DNA of 64,000 bases from a virus, in UHGV virus genome UHGV-0240527, one strand, 5' to 3'. Position 1 is the first letter of the stretch. Every line of letters starts with the position of its first letter. Position numbers and translations under genes: made by a program. The notes beneath the pieces are model-generated. The model saw nothing but the letters and a program-made list of their open reading frames with translations. It had not been told where the DNA came from and did no database searches. This document shows positions 52,075-62,776 of the stretch, in pieces.

Positions 52075-52395
52075 TAGTTGATTGTTAAGTTGTTTGTAAA
52101 GAACCCTCAACAGAAGACTCTTTAGAAACTTGGTAGATTTTTAACGTGGCTACTACCATCCACCCATACCAGACCAGACCAAGCCAAGCCCAACACTACC
52201 GAACCGGACACGACCAGACCTTATTAAAAGACCCTGTTTAAAGACCTTTTAAAAAGATAAGTCTCATTTTAATGTAGCTGAGACTAACTACCCACACCAA
52301 ACCATAGCATACATCGCATTACCGGACAGAACCATACTTTACCAAACATCACTTAAAAACCCTCTTAGAAGACTCTTAAGTGATGCTGGTGAGTA
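52075..52395. repeat. second copy of composite repeat region (CA-rich tract, M1 and M2 modules)
   Basis: about 45 bp of M2 identical to copy at about 50755-50800; CA-rich tract parallels 50640-50720. Confidence 0.6.
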
Positions 52396-52599
52396 CCCGT
52401 TGGTTTATGATGCTCAGTATACTCACCAAATTTTCTATGTCAACAACTTTTATAAAAAAGTTCTGATAGCTATATGCGTCACGAAACAAAAGATTGTAAA
52501 CAAGACACCCATTGCAAAAGATGTGTCCAAAAGCTTACTTGCAACGTATGACAATACAAAGACAACCAGTATAAATAGAATGACTGTACTGAACATAGT

Positions 52600-53739
52600 T
52601 TACTCATAATCCCTAATAACTAGCCCTACAGGAAACTGTAAAGAACCTTTACGAGTCATCTTCTGGAACTGAACAGTTAAAGGTTTCCCGATAAACTCTT
52701 CAGGATGTTCAGCAAGATACTGTTTCTTCTCGTGTGTAGTTTTCCATGAAACATCTACAAAGACGTTAGGAAGAGTCTCTACAACGAACTTACCATGACC
52801 ACGCTTATCGGTCTTTACACCAGTCACTTTAAACTCTTCAGTGTGCATCTTCTTGTGCTTAATCAAGAAGTATGAACGGTGACAACACTCATAGAAGGAG
52901 TCTTCAGAGATTGAACGGTACATTGCACCTTCAAACTTAGCTTCAACCCACTTATCATGAGCTTCATCAAACTCTTCCCAAGAATTTACACGACGAGATT
53001 TAACAGGAACAACTTTACAGCCGTCTCTAAAGTCATTCAATGGTGAAGTCTCAATAATATCTCTACGCTCAGGCCACGTTTTAGTACTGTCACAGATATC
53101 ATACCAGTAGAACTTAAGTAAGTGTCTGTCAGGATTGTCTTCATTTTTAATCATAGAGACAATATCTTCTAAGTCCCACCCATGAGCATAAATCTCACCA
53201 TCAAATTCATCAACATCTTTATGGAGCCTCAACATTGCCATAATGTCAGGTATTAGCTCAGTAGGAATTTTATAAATAGTGTTCTCACGAGAATATGCTG
53301 TAAATACACTGCCAATACTCAAGTGTCTTGAAATTCTACAACGGACACCGTCAAGTTTTGGTTGAGCATCAGCAGGGAATTTCAAATACTTTGCATGACT
53401 TACCTTCGCAGCATCGTGAGCAAGCTGTACACCTACCCTCTCAGTATTCTGTGCAGACTCTTTTGTGTAAGCATAACCTTTGCGGTCTACTTGCTTTTTA
53501 TACTTAGCAGCAACTTCAAAGAGAGCTTGCTGTTCAGCATTACGCTCATTCTTTTTACCGATGTTCTTAGGCTCTGCTGTGTACTCTTCAAACATCATCT
53601 TACCATTTTCTTTGCCATACGTGGTAACAACTTTGTCACCTACAGCAACACATGACCAGATGTTAAAAGAGCCATCTTTATTTTGTTTGTACAGTATTGT
53701 CATTTTATTCCTCTGAGTGATACCAAGTATTGCAAGCAT
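52600..53739 (-). CDS. ATP-dependent DNA ligase
   Basis: KxDG adenylation motif (PKLDGVRC) and overall size about 380 aa. Confidence 0.7.
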   Translation of the reverse strand: MLAILGITQRNKMTILYKQNKDGSFNIWSCVAVGDKVVTTYGKENGKMMFEEYTAEPKNIGKKNERNAEQQALFEVAAKYKKQVDRKGYAYTKESAQNTERVGVQLAHDAAKVSHAKYLKFPADAQPKLDGVRCRISRHLSIGSVFTAYSRENTIYKIPTELIPDIMAMLRLHKDVDEFDGEIYAHGWDLEDIVSMIKNEDNPDRHLLKFYWYDICDSTKTWPERRDIIETSPLNDFRDGCKVVPVKSRRVNSWEEFDEAHDKWVEAKFEGAMYRSISEDSFYECCHRSYFLIKHKKMHTEEFKVTGVKTDKRGHGKFVVETLPNVFVDVSWKTTHEKKQYLAEHPEEFIGKPLTVQFQKMTRKGSLQFPVGLVIRDYE

Positions 53740-53896
53740 TACATGCGTAAAGCTCTAAGTCGTTTTTATCTGGTTTATGAAAACAGTTCGCTCCGCAGTG
53801 GCAACGAAACGGCTTCCCACCAACTGTCAGGATGAAGGATTGAACCTTTCCATCAGGAGTTCGTACAGCATTTTTATGCTTATCTTCTTTGTTCAT
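53705..53896 (-). CDS. small zinc-finger protein
   Basis: CHCGANC..CNACN Cys/His pairs. Confidence 0.45.
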   Translation of the reverse strand: MNKEDKHKNAVRTPDGKVQSFILTVGGKPFRCHCGANCFHKPDKNDLELYACNACNTWYHSEE

Positions 53897-54051
53897 TTAT
53901 CTCTTGCCTTTGTCAGATTTCATATATGACATGTTACTACGCCTTTTAATGAAATGCACAACGCATTTTGGTGTATCTTTTGCATCTTTGATGTGCAACC
54001 TTTCGAAACTGCGCACTGTGAAGGTTGCATCTGTCATTGTTTGCTTAGGTT

Positions 54052-54258
54052 TCATTTTCTCTTACCACCAATCTCTACGTCGATAACTTGAACATCACCA
54101 GCAACATCAAACTTATGAATGATACTTTCCACAGTGTAAGTCCAACCCTCAATGCGAACCAATTCACCTTCTCGTGGGACGATTGGGTTACGTTGAGCTA
54201 CGGTTGTAGTGGAGTGAACAACATCATAACAATAGATATAGTTTACTAGGACTTCCAT
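54052..54258 (-). CDS. hypothetical protein
   Basis: ORF track frame; start placed at internal ATG to avoid 89-nt overlap with the lipoprotein gene (uncertain). Confidence 0.35.
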   Translation of the reverse strand: MEVLVNYIYCYDVVHSTTTVAQRNPIVPREGELVRIEGWTYTVESIIHKFDVAGDVQVIDVEIGGKRK

Positions 54259-54268
54259 CGTGAAAACC

Positions 54269-54526
54269 TCACTCAATAACCGTAGTGTGTGATTGACCAT
54301 TTTTTCCATAACTATAAGATGTTGTCGTTTGAGAGTTTTGACATCTGACAACAACAATATCTCTGCTTATAGCATCACCATTGAGTTTGTAGATTTTGCA
54401 GTCTTGCATCTCTGGAGGGAGGCTGTAAGAAGCATCTTTGTTTTCATAAGATGGGTTGCAGCCAGCCAGAAAAATTACTCCAAGTGCAACCATTGCTTTC
54501 ACACAACTCTTAACCTTATTGTTCAC
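54269..54526 (-). CDS. lipoprotein
   Basis: signal peptide with lipobox (VIFLAGC) at N-terminus. Confidence 0.6.
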   Translation of the reverse strand: MNNKVKSCVKAMVALGVIFLAGCNPSYENKDASYSLPPEMQDCKIYKLNGDAISRDIVVVRCQNSQTTTSYSYGKNGQSHTTVIE

Positions 54527-54658
54527 GATAGTCTACCTCTCTGTATGTTTTTAAATAGTGAGTGATGAGTTCTGGTAATTCACTACGTTTAACGTTTGAA
54601 CGAAGAAGTGTCCAGTCAAAACCTTTACCAACCCTTCCCCAGAGACTGTACATTTTCT

Positions 54659-54892
54659 TCATAGCAACTCCAGAATATCAATACGTTCACCTTTGAGTAC
54701 TCCAGTACGGTCTTTTGCAATCTTACCGTCAACGATAAGGATGTGTGTAGACCTTAAAGCGTCGTTGTTAAAGGTTTTTACGAACTTGCTAGGCATGACT
54801 ACAATGGACATCTCCTGAATTAACTCTGGAGTGTAGCAGTTATCATGAAGTTGCTGAATAACGTCTGCAAGTGTCATTTTTGATGTCTCCAA
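54659..54892 (-). CDS. hypothetical protein, paralog of 55080-55289
   Basis: shared C-terminal motif DGKIAKDRTGVLKGERIDILELL vs GGKIAKDKTGYLKGERVDIENLL. Confidence 0.5.
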   Translation of the reverse strand: METSKMTLADVIQQLHDNCYTPELIQEMSIVVMPSKFVKTFNNDALRSTHILIVDGKIAKDRTGVLKGERIDILELL

Positions 54893-55083
54893 TATTCAAT
54901 ATCTACAAGTTCTTGTGCAATGCTTTTAAGGTTACTTTTAAGGAAAACTTTCTCACCACCAGACAGGGAAGTGTTATCAATGAGTCTATTCATTTTCTCA
55001 AACAACTTCTGCTTACGGTTCTTGATAGTTTCCTTTGAAGCACCTTTCATCATTGCTGCATGGGTTCTTCCACGGTGGCTCAT
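54874..55083 (-). CDS. hypothetical basic protein
   Basis: ORF track. Confidence 0.45.
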   Translation of the reverse strand: MSHRGRTHAAMMKGASKETIKNRKQKLFEKMNRLIDNTSLSGGEKVFLKSNLKSIAQELVDIEYWRHQK

Positions 55084-55289
55084 AGCAAATTCTCGATGTC
55101 TACACGCTCACCTTTCAAGTATCCTGTCTTATCTTTTGCGATTTTCCCTCCAGCAATAAAGATATCTACTGTACGCAGAACTTCAGGGTTTACTCTATAA
55201 CCACTGCAAATAACAATAAGCATGTCTTCAATCTCTTTTTGAGAATAACCTGCACATTGTAACTGAACTTCAATCTCTGAAAGCGTCAT
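55080..55289 (-). CDS. hypothetical protein, paralog of 54659-54892
   Basis: shared motifs with 54659-54892. Confidence 0.5.
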   Translation of the reverse strand: MTLSEIEVQLQCAGYSQKEIEDMLIVICSGYRVNPEVLRTVDIFIAGGKIAKDKTGYLKGERVDIENLL

Positions 55290-55350
55290 GTGACCTCCTA
55301 TACAAGATACAGTATAAGGTACTCTTCCATGAGCACCTTGTCAATACTAA

Positions 55351-58050
55351 TTAGTGAACCTCAAGCCAGCTTTTACCAACCTTACCATTACCTGTAACAA
55401 GTGTTTCTTTCTTAAGACCTAAGTTTTTAGAAGCTTGTCCATAATACCAGTCAGTAACTGCTTTCACTTCTGCCGTCATACTTTCTGGACATTCCCAGCT
55501 TGTTTCATCGTGATATGCGCAGAGTAAACGAGCACCAATAGCTGGTTGACGACCATTCAACTTCATCAAACCTTCGTCAATCATACGACGACAAGCAAGG
55601 TTAATTGCCTCATTTTGAATCTGAGCCTCTGAACCCATCAAAAGATAATTCAACAGTTTGTGTGGAGATTTACACCACAACCAAGCTCCAGCAACCTTTA
55701 CGAAACCCCCTTTAGAGATTGCAGCAGTCTTACCAAACACCTCTTCAAGTGCCTTTTTAGTTGCTTTGTAGTCAGCTTCTAAGTCATCTAACAGCTTCTT
55801 AATTTTAGGCAAACGGATAAAGTAAGTCTGTTTAGTCAGTGCACCTTCCTGAGTAGTTGCAGCTTTAATTGTCTTAGCAAACTTCTCATCACCTGCACCG
55901 AACAGCAGTGCATAGATACCATTCTTAGCTTTCTTACGACCCTTGCTAATCTCATGAAGAAGATTCTCATCCTGAGTAGCTCGACAAGTCAAGATATCTT
56001 GCTCATCATTCAAGCTAAAGTAAATACTATTCAGTGTGTGTGCATCAGTCCCTGAATAGACAACGTAAAGGTCATTCTCAGAGTCATAGCGAAGGTACTT
56101 ATCAATCTCTGGGTTGAGGTACTCATCAAAATGTTTGCAGTAATAGCGTCCATCTTCTTGACGAATAAACTCAATCTCTTCTTTACCTTGCGTTACCGCT
56201 TTGGTGAAGTCTTTGTCACCCATAAAGTTACAAAGGAGAACTAGCTGGGCTGAGTTCATGTCTACAGAGACAACATTAGTACCTTCTTCACAAATCCACA
56301 CTGCCCTCATTGGCTCCCCATAGACAGCAGCACCAGACGGTACGTTTACAATACCATATTGTGTCATACGTCCAGTTGAAGTACCAAATACCATTGCACC
56401 AGCACTAAGGCGACCATCTGGACGAATCTGGTTCAGCCAACCTTTCTCGTCATCCTTTGAGTTCTCAATAGTTCTGCGTCGGTGCATCAAAGTATAGTAC
56501 TTCGCAATCTTCTGTCCAAGCTCACCTTCAATCGTATCATAAGATGATTCAGTAAGTTTTGGTGAAGTACGGATTAAGCAAGGCTCAAGCAAATCTGTGT
56601 ATTTCTTCACAGACCAGTTATGCTCGATGTACTGTACACCTTCATGTTCAACATAACTCAAACCACACCGCTCAACCATTTCCTGCCACTTAGGATGCTT
56701 TGTAATCATCTTTTTATTGTCTTTGAAACGACAAACTTTGACAGGGCGACCATCTGAGTCTTTCTTGTAATTCCAGTCATCTGGAATCCAACCAACTGAT
56801 TTCAAGTAGTCTTTAACAACTGCTACCTGAGTCATACGAGAAACTTCAAACTCAATTGGTGTATATGGTGCATCAATCAATCCTGTGTAGCGACTTGACT
56901 CCAGTTCAAAGTGGTTAACAACATGGCTGTTATAGTACTTCACAGTTTTAACAGTTTTTACTGGCTTCCAGTCTTTGCATTTCTTACCAATCTTTGCATT
57001 CAACTCGTTGCAAATTGCACGAGCATCCTTCATTGCTACAAAGCCTTCCTTGTACTCTTCACCAGTTACAGAGTTGGTTGGTGTATAGCAATTTCTCTTT
57101 TCAATGTTAAAAATCTTTGTAGTTGGCTTACCAAATGGCTTGATTTCGTATGTCTGCATCTCACCGTTACGTACCTGCTGACGATACTTTGTTTTAGGGT
57201 ACTTGGTAATTCTCTTCAGTCCATCTGCATGACCGAATGTTTCAACATACTCATTCCAAGCTTTTGCAAACTCTTCTCCAGTGACTTTACCTTTGGTCTT
57301 AATAGTTGGAGGTAGATGTGGTTCAACCTCTGAAGCAAGTTCATTAGTCAATTTGTCAAGCTCCTTTACATGGAACTCCATAAGCTCCTTATCAGCTTTC
57401 CAACCATTGATAGCTTGTTGGCTCATCCAGAAAGATGTCTCTTTAGCTCGCATGTAAGTTTCATAAGTGTCTATACCACACTTCTTAAGCTTGAGATACT
57501 CGTTATCAAGTGCCCGTTTAGTTTTGGCGTTAATACGGATATCTTCTACAACACGAGTGAAGATTTCTGCATTCCACACACCCCAATGTTCAATCTCTGG
57601 TTTACGAACACCAACACGAGCACCCCATGCAGCCAAGCCATGAGCGCCTTTATAACCCTTTGGAGTTGGTCTATCCATCCACTGAACACGAGACTGGATA
57701 AGAGAATCCTGAAAGAAATTACTCCACGGCTTACACTTTGGATTATCAAAGTTCCATAAATCCGGTGCAATGTGATTGAAAACCCACCAGTCATAACCGA
57801 GACCATTATGGATACAAAGTCGTTTTGCCTTCAACGCAAACTCAATACCTTCACGTAATCCACCCTTGATGTACTTAGTGTACTTGTGACCGAGAATAGG
57901 CTCATCAGTAAAGACCCATACTGGTGGTTCTTCGTCGTCAGATTTGTAGTCTGCGAAAGCCATTACGTGAACTTTAGTGAACTCAAGGAGTAAACCATCA
58001 GTTTCTGTATCACCAACTAAATGTAAGTTTTTAAAATCTACGTTTTCCAT
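55351..58050 (-). CDS. DNA polymerase, family A, with 3'-5' exonuclease domain
   Basis: N-terminal exo motif LHLVGDTETDG; C-terminal motif C region LLCAYHDETSWE; about 900 aa; start placed at ATG with GAGGGAG RBS. Confidence 0.8.
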   Translation of the reverse strand: MENVDFKNLHLVGDTETDGLLLEFTKVHVMAFADYKSDDEEPPVWVFTDEPILGHKYTKYIKGGLREGIEFALKAKRLCIHNGLGYDWWVFNHIAPDLWNFDNPKCKPWSNFFQDSLIQSRVQWMDRPTPKGYKGAHGLAAWGARVGVRKPEIEHWGVWNAEIFTRVVEDIRINAKTKRALDNEYLKLKKCGIDTYETYMRAKETSFWMSQQAINGWKADKELMEFHVKELDKLTNELASEVEPHLPPTIKTKGKVTGEEFAKAWNEYVETFGHADGLKRITKYPKTKYRQQVRNGEMQTYEIKPFGKPTTKIFNIEKRNCYTPTNSVTGEEYKEGFVAMKDARAICNELNAKIGKKCKDWKPVKTVKTVKYYNSHVVNHFELESSRYTGLIDAPYTPIEFEVSRMTQVAVVKDYLKSVGWIPDDWNYKKDSDGRPVKVCRFKDNKKMITKHPKWQEMVERCGLSYVEHEGVQYIEHNWSVKKYTDLLEPCLIRTSPKLTESSYDTIEGELGQKIAKYYTLMHRRRTIENSKDDEKGWLNQIRPDGRLSAGAMVFGTSTGRMTQYGIVNVPSGAAVYGEPMRAVWICEEGTNVVSVDMNSAQLVLLCNFMGDKDFTKAVTQGKEEIEFIRQEDGRYYCKHFDEYLNPEIDKYLRYDSENDLYVVYSGTDAHTLNSIYFSLNDEQDILTCRATQDENLLHEISKGRKKAKNGIYALLFGAGDEKFAKTIKAATTQEGALTKQTYFIRLPKIKKLLDDLEADYKATKKALEEVFGKTAAISKGGFVKVAGAWLWCKSPHKLLNYLLMGSEAQIQNEAINLACRRMIDEGLMKLNGRQPAIGARLLCAYHDETSWECPESMTAEVKAVTDWYYGQASKNLGLKKETLVTGNGKVGKSWLEVH

Positions 58051-58108
58051 TTTTACTCCCTCTAAAATCATTAACCTCATACATTACTGCAAAAAATTAT
58101 AAAAAGCA

Positions 58109-58133
58109 AGTTGACAATGTACTTGACAAGGTG
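58109..58133 (+). promoter_or_regulatory. conserved tandem TTGACA element (GTTGACAATGTACTTGACAAGGTG), second copy
   Basis: matches 15106-15130 element; lies in divergent region between polymerase operon and plus-strand genes. Confidence 0.45.
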
Positions 58134-58307
58134 TTAATCTTTGCGAAGTGGGTTTTTACTTAAAAGGTTACTTAACAGTTTAACTATACAGATACTTTAA
58201 AGCTCTTAAAAGATTATTTAATAGCTTTTAAAAAGCTTTAAAGTATAACGTATAGAATACGTTAAGATAAAAGATTAAAACTTAATAGTTACTTAAAAGA
58301 GGCTTAC

Positions 58308-58730
58308 ATGCAGAAAATGTTTGTTCACCCAGACATAGCTGACTTTGTTAGAGCTTTGCAGAAGTTGGAAGAACTTGACATTGCTGCTCAACGGGAATAT
58401 GCTCACCATCACAGGAGAATGGTTGATATACAACATGAAATAGAGTTATCAGAAGACTATGAAGATGACTTAAAATGCTCTGTGTTCGAGCACATGAAAG
58501 ACGTTGCTATAGCTAGACGTAAAGCTAAAGATACAGTTGCTTTACTAGATTCTCTTAAAAAGAGGTTGCAAAGTGGTACAGACCTGTGTAATCTAGCATC
58601 ACTGATTAACGATGTTGAAACTTCTTGGGACAGGCATTACTATCCACGTTCTGAAAAGACACTTGACTTTTCTTCATCTGAAAACTTAAAATGCTCTAGA
58701 AAGAAACTTAACCAACTGAGAGAGAAATAA
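58308..58730 (+). CDS. hypothetical protein
   Basis: ORF track. Confidence 0.5.
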   Translation: MQKMFVHPDIADFVRALQKLEELDIAAQREYAHHHRRMVDIQHEIELSEDYEDDLKCSVFEHMKDVAIARRKAKDTVALLDSLKKRLQSGTDLCNLASLINDVETSWDRHYYPRSEKTLDFSSSENLKCSRKKLNQLREK

Positions 58731-58731
58731 T

Positions 58732-59532
58732 ATGAATACTACTGTAGACCAAATGCTTAAAGAAAAAGGTATTGATGAAGCATTTTTAATCAATGCTGTA
58801 GAAAGCATGGCTATGATTCTTCGTGGAAATAACTATACAGAACAGTTTATGCCAAAAAGCTATAACTTGCCTGAAGATAAAACTGATAACGGTGCTTTTG
58901 CAGAGCAGGTTAATATGATGTTGTCAGATACTACACTTGCCCTTGCATCTATTGCAGTCGGTGTTGATGCGCTTGCAGAGTTCATTTTTTATGAAATGCA
59001 AAAGAATGACTATATCAGGATGTCAGATGAAGAAAAGGAACTATTGCTGACTAAGGATACTGATTTCCTTATTGACACACTAATCTCATCAACAAGTGCT
59101 GTTATGGCAGTTCTTGAGAAGCGCATGGAAGAGAAACTTTCACGATATGAAAAACTTGATTGGGGCGTAGAAGAGTTAAGCCCACGAATCAAAGAAATTA
59201 TCCAGCAAACTAAAGAGTCTTTGGAAGAAGCTGTTGAAAATGACTCTGTAGCTGATATAGAACCTCTTCAGGTGAAAGTTGCACTGATGATTCCAGCTAT
59301 CTCTACGATGATGAATATCGTTGCACTAATCCAACTTTCACAGATGATGGGTGTAAGTATTGAGTTCATTGAAGAGATGACTGGTGGCGTTAGTATGCAA
59401 GCAATCAATGATGTTTTGGTGAACATCGGTGCTTCAATCATTGAAGAGAAACTACGCATTAACTTCGGTGATGATTTTGTGAAGCAAATCTCAGCTATGG
59501 CTGAAAAAGAGTCTACTGAGCAACTGCACTAA
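58732..59532 (+). CDS. hypothetical protein
   Basis: ORF track. Confidence 0.5.
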   Translation: MNTTVDQMLKEKGIDEAFLINAVESMAMILRGNNYTEQFMPKSYNLPEDKTDNGAFAEQVNMMLSDTTLALASIAVGVDALAEFIFYEMQKNDYIRMSDEEKELLLTKDTDFLIDTLISSTSAVMAVLEKRMEEKLSRYEKLDWGVEELSPRIKEIIQQTKESLEEAVENDSVADIEPLQVKVALMIPAISTMMNIVALIQLSQMMGVSIEFIEEMTGGVSMQAINDVLVNIGASIIEEKLRINFGDDFVKQISAMAEKESTEQLH

Positions 59533-59593
59533 GTCTTTATAAATCTTACAAGCCTCCTTAGTTGGGGGCTTTTTAGTAATTAATGGAGATAAA

Positions 59594-60337
59594 ATGAGTA
59601 ATATTATCGCCTTTACTGGAAAGGCACGTTCTGGAAAAGACACCTCATGTTCTATTGTGAAGAACATTTTAGAGGATGAGTATGGCTACAATGTTGAAGT
59701 AATGGCCTTTGCAGACAACCTTAAACTATCTGCATCAAAGATATTTGACTTGACTTGGAATGACCTGTACGGTGAAACTAAAGAGACTCCACAGGTTTTT
59801 GACTTATCATATCCTGAACTGATGTTTAAAGTTACGGAAGCTATGGAGTTCACCTTCAGAGATGAACGTTACCATATGGACTTCAAGCTTATGTCAGAGT
59901 TAACCGGACGATTAATCATGGAGCTTAAGAAGGTTGCTAAACCTACCCTATTAACACGTCTGGGATTTAGTAAAAAGTATAAATTCTCATCAAGACAAAT
60001 TCAACAGATTTGGGGTACTGAAGTTGTCCGTAAAGTAATGGGCGACAAGTTCTGGTCTAAAGACCTTGAAAAAAGAATGGTTAGATTCCATGAAATGTGC
60101 TCACTTAGAAATCAATATGGTTTTGTCTTAATCAGTGATTTAAGATTTGACTCTGAAGCTGAATGGCTGAGTAGATTTGCACACCAAACTATTGAAGTAA
60201 AAAGAGACAATGTGGACAAAGTTTCATCACATGTTTCAGAAAATGGGATTTCTACAAAATATGAGCGTGACATTATTCATAATAATGGTACTCTTGCAGA
60301 CCTTGAGAACAAGCTAAGAGCCATCATTAAAGTTTAA
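59594..60337 (+). CDS. deoxynucleoside monophosphate kinase (T4 gp1-like)
   Basis: N-terminal P-loop-like IIAFTGKARSGKDT resembles T4 dNMP kinase N-terminus. Confidence 0.55.
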   Translation: MSNIIAFTGKARSGKDTSCSIVKNILEDEYGYNVEVMAFADNLKLSASKIFDLTWNDLYGETKETPQVFDLSYPELMFKVTEAMEFTFRDERYHMDFKLMSELTGRLIMELKKVAKPTLLTRLGFSKKYKFSSRQIQQIWGTEVVRKVMGDKFWSKDLEKRMVRFHEMCSLRNQYGFVLISDLRFDSEAEWLSRFAHQTIEVKRDNVDKVSSHVSENGISTKYERDIIHNNGTLADLENKLRAIIKV

Positions 60338-60345
60338 AAGAGAGA

Positions 60346-60546
60346 ATGAAGATGAGAGTAAAAGACAATTTTAAAGTTATTGACCACCGTTTAGTGGAAC
60401 TCTCATCTCTTTCCAATGAGGTAATGATTGAACGTCTTAAGAGAGTTGAATCACGAAGGAAAGAGATTGCAGATGAAATTCATGAACTGGACAAGATTGA
60501 AAATGGATTGAAGGCAGAACTACAACGAAGAGGTGCTAATGTCTAA
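60346..60546 (+). CDS. hypothetical small protein
   Basis: ORF track. Confidence 0.45.
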   Translation: MKMRVKDNFKVIDHRLVELSSLSNEVMIERLKRVESRRKEIADEIHELDKIENGLKAELQRRGANV

Positions 60547-62524
60547 AGGTCGTAAATTGAAAGAGGCTGGTCAGTTTATTGGTCATTGTGCATGTCCACG
60601 TTGTGGTTCATCAGATGCTGGTTCAATCTATCATCATGACGATGATTCTTATTCGATGACTTGCTTTAGTTGTAACAAAGGTTTCCCAGAGTGGGATTTT
60701 GATAAAGGACAAATCGTGAGCACTTATTCTACTGGTTCAGACAATAAAAACCGTACTTTCCGTGGAATGGATTTAGACGATGTAAAAGAAAACCTAGAAG
60801 CAATGGACTTGAAAGACAGGAAGATTCCTGCAAAAGTCCTTGAACGCTTAGGTATCAAGGTTGACATTGACAGTGACGGTGAAATTGATGCGCACTTCTA
60901 TCCAACTTACAAACGTAATGAAGATGGTAAGCTAGAACATGTTGGCTACCGTGTTCGTCACCGTTACCCAGAAGACCATCCAAAAGAGCACCTACGTGGT
61001 AAGCTAAAAGACTTTTCTGGTGGTGTTGGAGACATTAAAGGTGAACTGGCAATGTTCGGCTCATGGATTGCTCCAGAAGGTGGTAACCGTCTATTCATCT
61101 GGGAAGGTGAGATGGAATGTGCGACAGCAATCTACATGACTTCTTTGGCGATTAAAGATAAGTCTCGTCGTAAGAATTACTGTCACGTATCTGTTCCGTC
61201 AGGTGCAAACATTAAGTCTATCAAAGATAACTATCAGTACATTACATCATTTGATGAAATTTACTTGTGCTTTGATAACGATGAAGCAGGTGCTAAAGCT
61301 ACCAAAGAGGCTGCTGGTATCCTACCTATTGAGAAGGTTCGTTTATTCCAGTATCCAGAAGGTGTAAAAGACCTTAACGAATGGTGGACAAAGTTCTATA
61401 AAGAGAAAGATACAGTTCTGGAAGGATTTAAGCAGCGTATCTACAACGCACCTCGTTATTGCCCTGCTGGTATCAAGAACTTTGCAGATGGTTTTGAGGC
61501 AATGAAGAATCGTGGTCAGATTCCTTTGATTCCTTTCCCAGAATCTTTCGGGGATTTGAACAGACTAACTTACGGTGGTTATGGTTTAGGAGAGATTACA
61601 ACTCTGGCAGCACCATCTTCAGTAGGTAAATCAGCTTACACTCGTGAGATGATTTATTCAGCTTGGAAGGAAACCGATTACAATATTGGTGTAATTCCGG
61701 TAGAAGATACCTATGAAGAGTTGATGGAGATGCTCTGTGCAATTCACCTGAGCAAACAGATTTCTGAGATTCCTTATGACGAACGTGATTGGGATGAATT
61801 AAAGGAAGCACACACAGAACTATCTAAAGGTCGTCGTATCCACATCGTAGACCATCAAGGGGCGATTGACCAAGACAACCTGCTGGAATTTGTTGACTAT
61901 CTTGTTAACAGTTTAGACTGTAAGATTATTATTCTTGACCCTATTACGTTGGCTCTGTCACGTTCAGATACGGATGAAGAGGAAGTTTTGTCTGAACTAT
62001 TGCGCCGTTGCAAACGCTACCAGTATGCACAGGTGAACGTCTGTCACGTTCGTAAGAGCGCAGGGGGTCAGAAAGCCAACTCTGAAGGTGGAGATATCTC
62101 TGAAGAGGATATCAAAGGCTCTGGTGCGTATTTCCAGATTTCTATGAACAACATTCTGTTAATGCGTAACAAGGTTGACCCAGACCCTGTTAAGAAAAAC
62201 TTGACAAAAATCAAGTTAACTAAGTGCCGTCGGCATGGTAAGTCAACTGGTATTGCTGGTCATACTTGGTACAATCCAGATACAGGACGTCTCATCAAAG
62301 CATCTGGTTGTGGAGTTGACATTGATGGTGCAGCAGAAAACATTCGCCAGCAGTTTGGTATTGGTGAAGCTGAAGACCATTACGATGACTCTTTGCCACA
62401 TTATGAGGATGAAGTGTTTGACCGTGAGACTGGTGAAGTCTATACTGAAGAGCAGCGTCAAAGCTCAACGATTCCACCTGTATTAAGTGAGGATGCAGAT
62501 GACTGCCCGTTCGAAACTGAGTGA
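60539..62524 (+). CDS. DNA primase-helicase (T7 gp4-like)
   Basis: N-terminal zinc ribbon CPRCGSSD..CFSCNKG, central TOPRIM-like acidic region, C-terminal Walker A (APSSVGKSAYT) of DnaB-family helicases; start at ATG following GTG. Confidence 0.75.
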   Translation: MSKGRKLKEAGQFIGHCACPRCGSSDAGSIYHHDDDSYSMTCFSCNKGFPEWDFDKGQIVSTYSTGSDNKNRTFRGMDLDDVKENLEAMDLKDRKIPAKVLERLGIKVDIDSDGEIDAHFYPTYKRNEDGKLEHVGYRVRHRYPEDHPKEHLRGKLKDFSGGVGDIKGELAMFGSWIAPEGGNRLFIWEGEMECATAIYMTSLAIKDKSRRKNYCHVSVPSGANIKSIKDNYQYITSFDEIYLCFDNDEAGAKATKEAAGILPIEKVRLFQYPEGVKDLNEWWTKFYKEKDTVLEGFKQRIYNAPRYCPAGIKNFADGFEAMKNRGQIPLIPFPESFGDLNRLTYGGYGLGEITTLAAPSSVGKSAYTREMIYSAWKETDYNIGVIPVEDTYEELMEMLCAIHLSKQISEIPYDERDWDELKEAHTELSKGRRIHIVDHQGAIDQDNLLEFVDYLVNSLDCKIIILDPITLALSRSDTDEEEVLSELLRRCKRYQYAQVNVCHVRKSAGGQKANSEGGDISEEDIKGSGAYFQISMNNILLMRNKVDPDPVKKNLTKIKLTKCRRHGKSTGIAGHTWYNPDTGRLIKASGCGVDIDGAAENIRQQFGIGEAEDHYDDSLPHYEDEVFDRETGEVYTEEQRQSSTIPPVLSEDADDCPFETE

Positions 62525-62594
62525 TAGTTATAAAAGAGAGGGGTTCACACCCTTCTTTGAAGAAAAAAGTTTAAATAAATTTCAGGAAGAGTGT

Positions 62595-62623
62595 TTGACA
62601 AAGATTGATAGGTTCTATAGAAT
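62595..62623 (+). promoter_or_regulatory. sigma70-type promoter (TTGACA, 17 bp, TAGAAT)
   Basis: read directly in intergenic region after primase-helicase. Confidence 0.5.
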
Positions 62624-62776
62624 GCTCTACATGAAATGTGATGGAGGCGTTGAGGTAGAAGAAAACTTCCATCACAGTATTATTACAGTCACTATTACTA
62701 TACCTCAGCATAATATTGGTTGGCTGTTTATAATGAAAGAAAATGTGTTTGAATATCAAGTATATCGGAGAATATC

